Positions 26,476-40,185 are shown, counted from the stretch's first letter. The stretch: 64,000 bases of DNA from Octopus bimaculoides (GCF_001194135.2 NC_068981.1:163175528-163239527), one strand, 5' to 3'. The notes: generated from the sequence alone by a model not told the origin. Translations and numbers: made by a program.

Positions 26476-27114
26476 CGTGGTTGGGTGCCATTCCTAACAT
26501 TTGGCTTTAAGCTGTCTTTTTACAATGTATGTAGTAAACCTATAGTAAAACCAGGGTACACATATATCACTTCAATGTCCACTTTCCCATGCTTGCAATG
26601 GATCAGATGGAATTCATTGAGGCAGACTTTCTCCAGCCAGATGCCCTTCCTCTCATCAATCCTCACCTTGTTTCCAAGTAGGGTAATAATTCCTCAGTCT
26701 GGTCAACAATGAAACAGCTAGACAGTTACAAGCTGGTATTGTTTACATGTCCAAGAAGTCCAGAGATGCCTTCTGGATTGACTGAAAACATATGACACTA
26801 CCTGTATTTGATAGTGAAGCTTTAGTTTGTTTAGAGACACTGGACACATAAAAACAAGGACAAATTATGTACATGCATTTACACACATGCAACAGGGCTC
26901 TTCACTTTCTGTCAATCAATTTCACTCAAATGATATTTGTTGACCTGAAGCTATAATACAGAATGTTAGACAACTTAAACACAACAGGACCAACCACCTA
27001 ACAATGCAGTGCTAAAAAAAACCCCTCTAAACCACATAATCATCCCCTACATTTATTCATATCAGTATTAATTCACTTAACTGTATATTTATTACTATTA
27101 TTATTTTCATCATT

Positions 27115-28260
27115 AAGGTGGCACGCTGGCAGAATCATTAGTGCGCTGGACGAAATGCTTGGTGGCATTTCATCAGTCTTTACGTTTTGAGTTCAAATTC
27201 TGCCAAGGTTAACATTGCTTTTCATATCCTTTTGGGGGTCAATAAATTAAGCACCAATCAAGCATTAGAATCAACATGATCAACTAGCTCCTCCCCACAA
27301 GACTTTCGAGCTCTGTGCCTATAGTAAAATGTATCATCACCATCACCATAATCATCATCATCAGCAGGAGGAAGCTGGATTGGTAGAATCATTAGAATGC
27401 TGGGGGGGGGGGGAAATGCTTGAAGATATATAATTACAGCTCTTTAGATTTGGAGTTCAAATTCTGCATATGTCAACCTTGTCAACTTCCACCCTTCCGG
27501 CTTGATATAATAAAGTATACCATTGACCACAGGGTCAAGGGTATTGACTACTTTCCTTTCCCCTCAAAATTACTGGCCTTGTGCCTAAACCAGAAACAAT
27601 AAAAATAATCCTTTCTCCTATAGGCACAAGGCCTAGAAATTGAGGGGAGGGGATAGTCAATCATATCGACCCCAGTACTTGACTGGTGTTTAATTCATTG
27701 ACCCCCGAAAGGATGAAAGGCAAAGTCGACTTCAACAGAATTTGAACTCAGAACATAGCAATGGGTGAAATACCACTAAGCATTTTGTCCAGTGTGCTAA
27801 CAATTCTGCCAGCTTGCTACCTTAATAATGATAATAATAATAATAATCTTTTCTACTATAGGCACAAGGCCTGAAATTTTCGGGAGGGGACTAATCGATT
27901 ACATCAACCTTAGTATTTCACTGGTACTTAATTTATCGACTCCGAAAGGATGAAAGGCAAAGTTGACCTTGGCGGAATTTTTACTCAGAAATGTAGCGGC
28001 AGACGAAATACTGCCAAGCATTTTGCCTAGCACGCTGCCTTATAATGATTTCAAATTTTGGCACAAGGCCAGCAAGTTCAGGGGAGGGGGTAAGTTGATT
28101 ACATCGACCTCAGTGTTCAACTGGTACTTATTTTATCAACCCCAAAAGGATGAATAGCAAAGCCAACCTCAGTGAAATTTGAACTCAGATTATACAGATA
28201 GACAAAATGTCACTAAGCATTTCCTTCCAGCATGGTAACGATTCTGCCAGCTCACCACCT
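27115..28260. mobile_element. Cluster of five SINE family B copies (+,+,-,-,-)
   Basis: Plus copies ~27115-27330 and 27366-27600; minus copies ~27610-27822, 27846-28037 and 28044-28260; each has the B-box and the gcctttcatcc/ggatgaaaggc core. Confidence 0.88.
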
Positions 28261-28320
28261 TAATAATAATAATAATGATGATGATGATAATAACATTATC
28301 ATCATTATTATTTAATAATG

Positions 28321-28352
<32 letters not shown>

Positions 28353-28854
28353 TATTATTATTATTATTAATATTATTATAGAAAAACTTGCCATGAAACT
28401 AAGAAAGATTATAAAAAATATATTATATTATCATAAACATATAAATATCTAAGAAAGATATAACAAAAAGAATTCTGAACAATAATACTGCATAACTAAG
28501 TTGAAAAAGTATCTACATACAGGAATATACAAAGGATATACATAATGACATACACAAGAAAAAAAAAATATATATTTCAGAATGTCATCTTATACAAGAA
28601 AGGTATTAGAAAATTGGATATATAAAGCTAAGCCAAATTTAAAGTAAGAAACCATTTTTATCATGAATCTTTAAACACAATGGAGATGGAGGGAGAGAAG
28701 AGTAATAAACAAAAAATATACAGTGTCATTAAAAAGATTGCAACTTGATGAGAAAATTAAAAAACAAAAACAATCGATAATTAATGTATTCTGTGTTACT
28801 ATGACAATCAAAAATACTCCAATGAATCTTATAAGAAAAAATCATTTGTTTCTT

Positions 28855-28890
<36 letters not shown>

Positions 28891-29569
28891 TCACAATGTT
28901 AATTATTTTTATCATTCAATAATATAGCCTTCATGAATTCCTTGACAACAAAAAATATATCTCTAAAGGCTTGATAGCTGATAAATTAATAAGCTTCGAA
29001 GTTAAGAATTGAAATTCTGAATTGGGGAAGTTTGCTGCTATCAGAAATTTCATTAATTGATGTTAACCCTTTGCAGACGAAATCTGCTGACATTTCTTTC
29101 CAAAGAAATTGGAACCATTTGCAGGAGACACAAAAGGGGTAGTGTTTACTGATGTGACAAGAATTTAGAAGCTTTGAGAGAATGTAAAATAATTCTATTT
29201 TGGAAATGGTGCGACTCAAACCAAATAAAGCTATAAAGAATAGCATATAAATATTGGGTTAAAAACCCCTTTTGATGGAATAGGTCGAAAGCTGCTCATG
29301 GGACATGAACCCACATCTCTTTTTATTCAAAGATTTCTAACCCAAATTGTAACCCTTATTGTTAGCTTTATCTACTTCAAGTTTCAGAGTTCCACAAAAG
29401 AATTATTTCATGTAGGCCTGCATGTATGTGTGTGTGTGTGCATGTGTATATATATATGTTTCTTTTTTATGTCATATTAAAATAAAAACTATTTTATATT
29501 AAACTGAGGAATTTGGTAATACTTCTTTCTGGTAGAGTCCATACTTATATGCATGTAAAAGTATAATAA

Positions 29570-29690
29570 TAATCCTTTCTGCTATAGGTACAAAGCTTGA
29601 AATTTCAGAGAAGTGGTTAAGTCGATTACATTGACCCCAGTGCTTAACTGGTATTTATTTTATCAACCTCTAAAGGATGAAAGGCAAACG
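29570..29690 (-). mobile_element. SINE family B 3' fragment
   Basis: gaccccagtgcttaactggta...ggatgaaaggcaaa. Confidence 0.75.
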
Positions 29691-30229
29691 ATAAAAGATA
29701 TTGTCAGCCAACAAGGGTATATTGCTCAGCTGGTTAAGGTTAAACGACTGACAAGCAAATCTGTGGTATTAAGCAGAGTATTTACTGCAGCCCATCTGTT
29801 TATACCAAGACAAAACAATATATATGATAACACTTCCAATCAGTTAAGATCAGAAGCCATGAGAGCCACTGCCTGGTATTGCATCAGGGCATTATTATTA
29901 TCATCATCATCATCATCATCATTATTTTTATTGTTATCACCATCATCATTATTATTTTTCTTTAAAATTAAGTCAAGCCAGCTTTTTTAAAACACTAAAG
30001 TATGTGGCTATTTTCTTTATAAACAGAACAGTACTTTTCTCTCCTCTCCATCAACTATAGTGTGAAAAGTACAGATAAATTAGGTAGCATATGGATATAT
30101 CATCAGAATTATAACAGCAACATCCCCCCCCACACACACACACATCTGCTCTCCCGGATTGGAATTTAACTAAACTATTTTGCCCTTCCAAGCGTATCAA
30201 TCCTATGTCATGTCATCTCATTTCATCAT

Positions 30230-30420
30230 CTCTCACTTCCATGTGGAGGGCCAAATATTTTAAGGAGAGATCTCACTCATATTATTTATAAAATAGAATT
30301 AAAAGGAGCTACATCGACCATCTTAAAGCTAGATACCATGCATACATTGGCTGGATATAACAAAATGGGACAAGAGCAGACAGCATTAAACAGGTGCTTA
30401 TTTGCAGAGAAAGAAATATA
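30230..30420 (+). mobile_element. Highly decayed RTE-like LINE C-terminal fragment
   Basis: Translation ATSTILKLDTMHTLAGYNKMGQEQTALNRCLFAE loosely matches the RTE post-RT motif (LRWAGH..RM.......LF.E). Confidence 0.3.
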
Positions 30421-32699
30421 TAGCACTAAATAATTTGCTCAAGCAGAAAATTAGATTGTTTCATTGGCTGTGAATAACCCCACTGCTGCTAACATACCCC
30501 ACCACCACCACCACTATGTATTAATAAGCAGATACAAGTCAGCAGAGATGATACAATCTGTGTAGCACAGAATGTGCTCATACATGTGTGTGTGCGTGTG
30601 TTGGATATATATTGGTAATAAAGAAAAATTTTATGCTCCACTGGATACTGTGAAGCTTTAACTATCTTGAGGAGAAAATGCTTGACAGCTATTCCGTTAT
30701 AAATGCTTCACCCATGACCATTTTCAAACTGCAGCACCATCACTAGAGATTTTATTTGAACTGGAGTGCTCAATACATGCAAAGGTTCTATTTTTGAGAG
30801 GAGAGATGCGATGGAGAGTGTGACAGGAAAGAAACAAAAAAATATGGAAGAGAGAGAGAGAGAGAGAGATAGTGTGTGCATGGGCGGGCACGCGTTCCTC
30901 TTCTACTTTGACTAGTTTTGAAGTCACTGTAGTACTATGAAGGATAGTTAAGAGTAAGAAAGAGACAGAAACATATACAAGTACCTACAAACCCCCAAGA
31001 GAATGTGAAATAGTTCTTTCTTTGGGAACAGTAAATCTCAGAGCAAACAAAGCCACTGACAATAACCATGCAAATACTGGGTCAGAAAAAACTATGGATA
31101 TAGAAAGTTAAAAACCACATGCAAGACCCAGATCCATATCCCCAGTAAACATGTCATGTTCATCCAATATTTGTATGGTGTTGTTAGTGGCTTTATCGGT
31201 TTCAAGACTGACTATTCCAAAAAAGAAATACAAACACACACATAAACATATGAGAGTGTTATGTGTAAACTAATTATCATGCACTCAATGATCAGTCATC
31301 ATAACTTCATACCCATTGTGACTTTCATAAGTAAAAATCATGAAATACACCCAAAAATTAAGCAACACTTACTAATGATTAGTTTCAATGTAACTGAATG
31401 TAGAATACACTCTTTGATTTTTCTTGTATGTATTGATATAAATACTGGCGGGGGGAGGGGAGTAAGATTCTTTCAGTTACTAACAACACAACCTACCCAG
31501 TCAGATTTGGTAGGAGACATTTGACCAATGTACCAAACAATAGATTGAAAGTGAAACCATTTGATTGGGAGGTAATCTTCTTAACCACACCCACAAAGAG
31601 CAAATATACACACAAACACACACTCCCATACAGAACACACACAAAAAGGCATACATATATATATACACACACACACACTCATACAGAAACATATGTGTAT
31701 CAATCTAAAAAGTTACAAAAGGCACGTATGTACACACACACATATGTACATGCATACAGACAAAAATTTGAATATATACTCATGTATTTAGTTTTTTCTT
31801 GTGTGTGTGTGTGTGTGCGCGTGCATTCATGTGTGTGTGCACATGTGCATTTAGATATACAAACAAGGTCTGTAGTAGTGTTTATTTATCTGTGATGGAA
31901 TTAATCCTTAGTTTTCTCTACATGTAACACACACCTACACACACATTTACAATTATGTATGCATAATAGGTATATATGTAAATCAGACAGACAGACATTT
32001 TTTTTAAAACTTTTTATAACGTCTTTTTACAACTGGTTTTGAAATTATTTATTGCTTTTATTTAATAGTTTCTATTTTGCATCATCGTTTAGCTTGTAAA
32101 TTCAACTACTGAGTATTGAATACTACATGTATTGCATATTTAAAAAACAAACTATTTTGTTTTGTAATGTAATTCCTTATAATGTAATTCCATTTTGGAG
32201 CAGATGGAAATGAACATAATGTAAACAACATTAGAAGTATGAATTTGGTACACTGTTGAATACAACTTTAATAAGTATATAATTGTTGTCTCACCATTTT
32301 TCTCTCTGTAAGAATTGTTTAACTTCATAAATGTTTAACTTAATTTATTTACCTCGAGTTATGATGTGCTGGTGATTCCAGAGAAGGATAAAATGCTGCA
32401 ATACATGACTAGAAATTTTAAGATCTTTATAATGAGTAGGAAAAGGAAATATTAACCTTTAACAAGCTGTAGATACATAATGTCATCATATGAGTTTTCT
32501 CCCCTCTCAATGTGACATAATGTGCTTGCAGCTATAGGGGAGAAAACTAATAACATGCCATGATATGCATAAGTATACTAAAGGTTAGATATGTATATTC
32601 TGTATGCCTTCTCCGCTATTCTTTGATTTATATTTTAAACTTCCTATCCTGCCTCAACTTAATCTCAGAAGAGTTTGTCTCTCTTGTGAAATTGTAGTT

Positions 32700-32925
32700 G
32701 TGCCCAATGCCAATGCTGTCTGAGTGGCACCTGTGCTGGAGACACGTAAAAAGCATCGTTTAAGCATTGGGCCTCATGGAGGCAGTGACAAGTGACTGAG
32801 ACCTTTGGTGACATACTGTACTTGTGCAGACTTGCCAAATCAGATCGGAACCTGGTTTACCAGTTTTCAGCCAAACTGTTCAATCCCTGCCAGCATGGAA
32901 TTTAAATGATGATGATGATGATGAT
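32700..32925 (+). mobile_element. Decayed RTE 3' UTR/tail
   Basis: gtggcacctgtgc...acgtaaaaagc...gcatggaa...(gat)n. Confidence 0.75.
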
Positions 32926-33344
32926 GTTATATCTGACACCAGGGGTGCATCACATGCTATTTCACTCAGATTACAGCAACTCTTGTACGAGTTGAACACA
33001 CTAATGTGAGTAGTAGGGCTATGTACACTGTGACCTAAATAATATTGAATTCTTTGTTTTCAACTAGGCAAAAACAGGTAAATTTTGTAGTGGTGGAAAT
33101 AAAGACAGACAAGTTTTTATACACAAACTCCAAATGTTACTGGGATTTATGTTATTAAGTTTCATAGGTTGAGACTGACATGAGAAGTTAATGGTTTCCA
33201 GTAGAACATTGTTGGCATTATTGGAAAGAGATGATGTGGACTATATTCCCTGCCAATTACAAGAGTACAACATATTAAAAAAAAAAAAGCCTTCACTCCA
33301 CCAATTCTGCTAACTCTTTTAGCTCATATTTAAGACAACAATAA

Positions 33345-33520
33345 TCAAATGGATAATGATTTCAGGTGTCCAACTGATGCCACAGTAAAGAAAAAGTAGA
33401 ATATTATACCAATCTGAAGTATGAAATACTCAAATGCTTGGATTAACACAGTCCTGATGTTGCCACCTATCAGTGACAGTGCATGAAAGAATTTGAGAGC
33501 TAATTTTGGAAAGGTAGACC
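33345..33520 (+). mobile_element. R4/Dong-like retrotransposon RLE endonuclease fragment, decayed
   Basis: Reads CPTDATVK/EKVEYYTNLKYEILKC with frameshift, matching 53160-53250 and the RLE motif ACPFD...EK.EYY.DLK.EI. Confidence 0.6.
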
Positions 33521-33959
33521 TTAATTCATAAGTGGATGCATTGAGTAAGGAACACGAAAAAAAACCCAAAACTCTCCATTGTAGGCCATGAGTTGTTCAA
33601 AAGGAATTGTAATTAAACTGCTCACAAAACCAATACTGTGTAACAGCAGAATAATAATGATTATTGGGATTTTTGGTATAGGGGACAGGTATGTTTTTAG
33701 CAAGCAACAGATTAAGATTTGTAGGAGTGAAAAATAAAAATTAACATTGTGACATGCATGCATTTCTGAAATACATCATAATATAAATGAATGAAGTTGG
33801 CTTTAGTTTAGATCGAAGCTTGATCTGTCACAAGATAACCTCTTTTTCTATAGATCTTGAAATCTTGTGCCCGCCAAATTAATATTAACTATTGCATACA
33901 TGAGAGCAATATCCTTGCAAACCAAATCATTTTTCAATGTTGATAAAAGTTAATATGGA

Positions 33960-34150
33960 AGTCATCATCATCATCATCGTTTAATGTCCGCTTTCCATGC
34001 TAGCATGGGTTGGATGATTTGACTGAGGACTGGTGAACCGGATGGCTACACCAGGCTCCAATCTGATTTGCCAGAGTTTTTACAGCTGGATGCCCTTCCA
34101 GACACCAACCACTCAGAGAGTGTAGTGGGTGCTTTTATGTGCCACACGGA
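33960..34150 (-). mobile_element. Young 5'-truncated RTE 3' tail
   Basis: Reverse complement of the 22311-22515 family. Confidence 0.9.
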
Positions 34151-35314
34151 AGTTTATATTAGGAGTGACATTTCAAAAACCTTGATGAAGTAAGTACCAG
34201 TTGAGCACTGGGGTCGATGTAATTGTCTAATCCCACCCCAAAAAATTTCAGGCATTGCACCTTTAGTAGAAAGGATTATTATCATTATTATCATCACAAT
34301 TTATCTTGATTAGCAAATAAGAGGACTCTTGTGCGGTTGTTCAATTACTGGAAATGACAACCAAATAACTGCTATGAATCAAATCCTACTATCTTTAATA
34401 ATGGATCACACACTGGACAATGTAATTCCTGATAATATAAAGAAATAAAATTTCATGGTCATAGTTCTGTTTGATCATGTGGCTGACTTAATGCTAAACA
34501 ACTGCTGAAATGATGAGCTAAATTAGACAACAGGTGAAATTGTCTCTCTTTTTGCTTGATTACAATGAAAAGGTTTATCATAGCATGTATTAATTAACTA
34601 TTATCAAGTTATATGGTAATGAAAGTGCAGGAATGCTATTTAATTATCTTCAAATACTATCACACCAATAAAGTTTTAAAAATAGTTGATAGTCAGAAAT
34701 CGAGTAGGCTTATACATACAAAGCTAATCCTATTAAGAGTGAAAAATAATACACACAGACAATATCTAAAATGATTACAACTACTGCATAATTAAGTATG
34801 AGATATTAGAGAATATGTGTCAAAAGTGATGGTTAATAAAATATTAAACAAAATTCAGTATTATATTAACTTTCACTTTCAAAATGAATTTTTGAAATTT
34901 GTAATTCAGTGATAAGACCAGCATTGGGTGATGTTGTTGATGTTGGTTGGTTTTTGGTTTTCCCTGATCAAACAGATCTATTAAAAGCATTCCAGCCATA
35001 ACCATCCCAACATTATGTATATTGTAGCCTTACAATGTCTTATGCGTCCTTATTTTAAGGCAGTCAATAGACTGTGACTTAGATATTTGACTGCATTTGT
35101 ACTGTAAATTTCAGTGTAGACTAGAGACAGTTATGTTTCACCCTTTAACATTCTGATTGTTCCATCAAATGTAATGTTTATATCTTCACATTGTTCTGAA
35201 TTAATCATGCATCATTTTGTAGCTTCAAGATTTTGATGATGTGATTGTTATATATGAAGGGCTCCTTTCAGTTTCTTATTTCTTTACTGCCCACAAGGGG
35301 CTGGACACAGAGAG

Positions 35315-36640
35315 GAGCTCCTCTATACTGATGACATTGCTCTAATAGCTGAGTCAATATCAGAACTAGAGAAGTTTCAGGTATGGAAGCAAGGTCTAGA
35401 ATCGAAGGGTCTTAGAGTCAATCTAGCAAAAACCAAAGTCTTAAGTAGGAAGGCAGACAAATCCCTTCAGGTAGATGGCCATGTTTGATTTGTAGAAAAG
35501 GCATAGGTAGAAATTCCATAAGATATACCCAGTGCAGCAATATCAAAGGAAGGCTAACTGGGAAGATATTTTTTGTGTATAGCAAATGCTCAGAGGCAAT
35601 AAACATTGAAAATGTGCAGAAAACAGCTTCCAGGGGGGAAAACTACAAATAGTTGATAGCTTCCGTAACCTAGGTGACCAAGTCAGTAGCGGGGGAGGAT
35701 GCTTTGAGAGTGTAGTTGCTAGGATAAGAATAGCCTGGGCAAAGTTCAGAGTTCCTACCTCTGCTGGTAACAAAGGGCCTCTTGCTCAGAGTAAAAGGTA
35801 GACAGAATGATGCATATGTGCGAACAGCCATGCAGCATGGCAGTGAAACATGGGCCATGACTGCTGAGGACATGCATAAGATTGCAAGAAATGAAGCTAG
35901 TATGCTCCGCTGGATGTGTAATGTCAGTGTGCATACACAATGGAGTGTAAGCAACCTGAGAGAAAAGTTGGACATAAGAAGCATCAGATGTGGTGTGCAA
36001 GACGACTGCGCTGGTATGGTCATGTGTTGCATATGGTTAGTAGTAGAGGGAACCTGTGGAAAAGGCAGACCCAGGAAGAACTGGGATGAGGTGGCAAAGC
36101 ATGACCTTTGAACGTTGGGCCTCACAGAGGCGATGACAAGTGACTGACACCTTTGGAAATAAGCTGTGCTTGAAAAAACCCAGCAAGCCAAGTGAGACCA
36201 TAACCGTTGCCTATGCCAGTGCAGCATACCCCTCAATCATTGGGCAATAAACTGTGCTTGCGAAGACATGTTGAGTCAAGTGAAGTCATTGTTGTGGTTG
36301 ATGACAGCACTGTCTGATTGGCACTCTTGCCGGTGGCACATAAAAAACACCATTCGAGCATGATCAATGCCAGTGCCACCTGACTGGCTCCCATGCTGGT
36401 GCATGTAAAAAGCACGATTCAAGCATGGTCAATGCCAGTACTGCTTGACTGGCCCTCGTGCCAGTGGTATATAAAAATACTCACTACACTCTCAGAGTGG
36501 TTGGCGTTAGGAAGGGCATCCAGCTGTAGAAACTGCCAGATCAGATTGGAGTCTGGTGCAGCCTTCTAGCTTGCCAGCCCTCAGTCAAACCATCGAACCC
36601 ATACCAGCATGGAAAGCGGACGTTAAACGACAACGATGAT
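35315..36640 (+). mobile_element. RTE-clade LINE, 5'-truncated, with frameshifts (RT C-terminus, PHD-like finger, 3' UTR)
   Basis: ELLYTDDIALIAES...FQVWKQGLESKGLRVNLAKTKV; RVKGR..DAYVRTAMQHGSETWA; VEGTCGKGRPRKNWDEV; ORF stop at ~36195; 3' UTR with three ~70-bp tandem units and (GAC/GAT)n tail. Confidence 0.92.
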
Positions 36641-36644
36641 GAGT

Positions 36645-36850
36645 GAGCTTGCAGAATCATTAGCATGCCAGATAAAATGCTTAGCAGCATTTCAGTGGGC
36701 TTTGCATTCAATGAGTTCGAATTCTGTCAAGGTCAACTTTGCCTTTTATCTTTCAGGGTTAATAAAATAAGTACCAGTCAAGCAGTGAGGTTGATGAAAT
36801 CAACTAGCTCTATACGCCAAAATTTCAGACATTATGTCTATAGAAGAAAA
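36645..36850 (+). mobile_element. SINE family B abutting the RTE tail
   Basis: gagcttgcagaatcattagc head, gagttcgaattc B-box, ctttgccttttatc core. Confidence 0.8.
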
Positions 36851-37039
36851 GATTATTTTTAAGGAAGAACTGACTGGAGAAGTGAGGGTCAACTTCGCTG
36901 TTTATCCTTGGAGAAAAGGGGTTAATCAGTCCAATGGTGTTGGGTTGTTTGTATTCTTTGTCGCTTTATTGTACCAATGTTCAAAATCCTTGACTATCAC
37001 AGCAATAACCTATAATAATAGGAGCAATAATGTTGTATA

Positions 37040-37165
37040 ATTTCATGTAATTATAGTGCAAGAAAGTGTGATGTAATTATTGGGAACACAGGGTGTAGTA
37101 AGGCACGATGTAAATTATATAGATAGGAACACCGAGTGCAGTGAAGCATGATGTAATTATAGGAG
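37040..37165. repeat. Degenerate ~40-bp tandem repeat (gatgtaattat..ggaacac..gtg.agt.a.gca)
   Basis: Three to four imperfect units. Confidence 0.6.
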
Positions 37166-37599
37166 AATACTGTAAAAATCAAATCACTTGTAAGTAAACT
37201 CAACCATATGGAAATATACAAGATGGTGCTTCCAGAAGGTGTATTTTTAAAGAGAAAAGCTTAAACAACCAATATACTCAACTTTAGATGAATGAAACAA
37301 CGATGAAGCCTTTATGTGGTTGCCTGACCTACTAGAGATAGCAGTTATATCTTCCCTGCCAAATGACACCTTACCATCTTAAAAGTGGATTGTCAAGGCA
37401 GGAAAGCATTTGACACTACACCTGCTCACAACTGACTTTAAGTGAAACATCAATCACAGCCTTAGAAGTACAAAATGGTTTCAGTGTATGCACCCACGAT
37501 AAGACAAGGTATTTTACATCTCTAGCAGATGGCTGTAAACTGTGGGAGAGAGTGTATAGTAGATTAAAATGAGCCTACTACAAATTTACTTATTGTGAT

Positions 37600-37785
37600 T
37601 CGTGCGGGTGACACGTAAAAGCACCCACTACACTCTCTGAGTGGTTGGAGTTAGGAAGGGCATCCAGCTGTAGAAACTCTGCCAAATTAGATTGGAACCT
37701 GGTGTTGCCATCCAGTTTCACCAGTCCTCAGTCAAATCGTCCAACCCATGCTAGCATGGAAAGCGGACGTTAAACGATGATGATG
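37600..37785 (+). mobile_element. Young 5'-truncated RTE 3' tail
   Basis: Near-identical to 22330-22515. Confidence 0.9.
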
Positions 37786-39289
37786 TGATAACCCTGGCAA
37801 ATCAAAGGTAACGCTTGGTGGACTTTCAACTCAAAATGTAAAAGAACTTAACTAAAGAATACAAGTCAGTTTATGTTATATTTGGTGATCGAAAGGGCAA
37901 GAATCTGAGGAGAATCTGTTAGGTTACATTTAATGCGTTATCATTTAGATTACCCAGTCAAATGTAATGCTAATTTATTCACATCATTTGATTTGATCAT
38001 AGACTATTATATAGCATCAAGACTTTGAAGATGTGATTGCTTATTTTCAGAATGTCAGAATGATATTGTAGGGTAGGCGTGAGAAGCCAAATCCAGTTCG
38101 TTTGAATATAAAACAGGTGGATTATTTGGGTTGGATATAGCTGGTTTAAATTTATATCACCAAAGTTGCATTTTTTTTGCATTAAGATAAGATCTGAAAT
38201 CCAAGGAGACTAGTGGTCATGTGTCAGTAAAAATTAATCCATAAAAGTTTGTAGATAAAAATATATTAGAGAGTTGATTTGCTGTGAGGAGTAACAAAAA
38301 TCCAGCATTTCAGACACTTGATTCCCTTTCTCTAGAAAGAATATGAAAGGTTGCTAACAAGGTCACAGAACATTTTGCATTAGTTGAAAGATATTAAACA
38401 ATCCAAAAACTCATGAGAACTATATTGAAAAAAGATTTGAAGGTGTCATAACCAAATATAATAGATAAATGGCTGACATCACTTTTCATTTCCCTTGCAT
38501 TGGTTGCAATAAAATAAGTATCAGCTTAACATTGTATTGTCTTAGCTGACTATTCTCATCTCACTTCTGTTCTAAAAGTATTACTCAATGTTGTTTGTTC
38601 ATACTGACATTATGCTGTCTTTCCAGCAGAAAATAACCGATTCAATCTCTTTTCATCAAATGGAATAATGCAAAGTTTAAGTTTGGGGACCGACTATGTA
38701 GGCCACTCAGTTAAATCAATCTCATTCTCATGGCATAGTCATGGAACCATTCTCAAAAATAGCACAAGCAATGTGATAAGAGGGATCCTTATGAGAGTGG
38801 GTCAAAATGCTTAAAACTATGAATCTGCACTCATGCCTAATAACAATTACTGAATATCTTATGACAGTGAAATGTTGTTATAAGGCTACAGAGAGACTTC
38901 ATAGCATTTGCCAATTGAAACCAACATTTAATACCATTGCTACCTTCACATAACCACAGCAACAGTTCCACCTTCGCACAAATGTCATCGCAACAGCACC
39001 AACATCATTTGTGTTAATCTCTTGTTTTTCAAGGTGAACCTAGGTTACACAAATCTTTGTCAAGTACAGCATTTATTCATATACCACAATTCAGAGTTAC
39101 TGTATCTATTAGGCATTAGATTCTTAATTGTAACTTACTTCAAATCAGCCCATCCTTGATCTACTCCTAACTTTGCATAACTCTTACATATTGCTAGTTT
39201 GATTTGCTGTCACTGTCATTATTATCATCATCATTATTTCAATAGTAATATTTTCTACAATGTACCTCGGACACATGCAATAATTTACC

Positions 39290-39900
39290 ATTACTTGTGT
39301 TTTGACTCATCATGTACTGAATTCAAACCCAGCCATTTATCTTTTTAAGGTCTATAGAATAAAGTACCTTTCATGTTAACATAACTGCTCCGCTCCCCCA
39401 ATTTCTGGCCTGATGTCAGTGTAAGAAGTCATCATCATCATCATTGTCTTTCATTCTCCCAGTGCTGATAAAGTACCAGTCAAGTACTGGGGTCAATTCA
39501 GTACAGTAATAGAAAGAATACTTTGTGGTATTAGTTTCAACTCTATGTTTAAATACTACTAATATCAGCTTTGCCTTTCATCCCCACTCCCCAGCCAATA
39601 TGATATTGTGTAGCTACTACCACATCACAAAATTGTTGTGCCTAAATTATAAACAACACAACAGTCATCACTATTGTTACTACCATCAATAAAGAGCAAT
39701 GGACGACAGAATCAGTAGATTTAATTACATTTTTGTTTTTAATGTTCTTAGCTCAAATCATAGTAAATCAAGTAGAGTGCCAAAATCATTAGAGCCTTGC
39801 AGAATTTATACAAGTTCTGAGATTAAATCCAACAAAGTCAGCTCTGCCTTTCATCCTCCTAGGGTTAACAAAGTACCAGTCAACTACTAAGTTTGATATA
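39290..39900 (+). mobile_element. Cluster of decayed SINE family B fragments
   Basis: Repeated ttcaaa..., gcctttcatcc and taaagtacc motifs. Confidence 0.7.
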
Positions 39901-40185
39901 CTCAACTGTTCCCTACCCACTAAATCTATGGCATTCCGTCTTATGATAAAACAACAGTGTGGGATTGTAGAATTGGTACTTTGAATTACCATATTTACTC
40001 ATGTATGTTGCATCCCTAATTTCATAGTTTTAGCTTTGCCTTGTGTATAAATTGCACCCCAGTTTTTTCCAGTTAAAGTATAAAATAATGCAGCTTATAC
40101 ATGAATAAATACGGTAAATTAATTTGTGGCATTTGATTCCGTCCTTTTACACCTGGCTGACATCACATTTTCTTTTCTTCAATAG

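Noticed and set aside
28990-29170. LRR-like words (SELGKF, RNLLTFLSKEIG)
   Set aside because: In different frames, wrong spacing, several stops
33345-33763. Hydrophobic minus-strand ORFs that look like a membrane protein
   Set aside because: The lower part is the antisense of an R4-like RLE fragment; the frames do not join without a shift and show no family motif
35670-36236. 188-aa minus-strand ORF
   Set aside because: Antisense shadow of the RTE ORF2
39137-39205. Minus-strand exon candidate QIKLAICKSYAKLGVDQGWADL with gtaagt donor
   Set aside because: No polypyrimidine tract at the acceptor and no partner exons found
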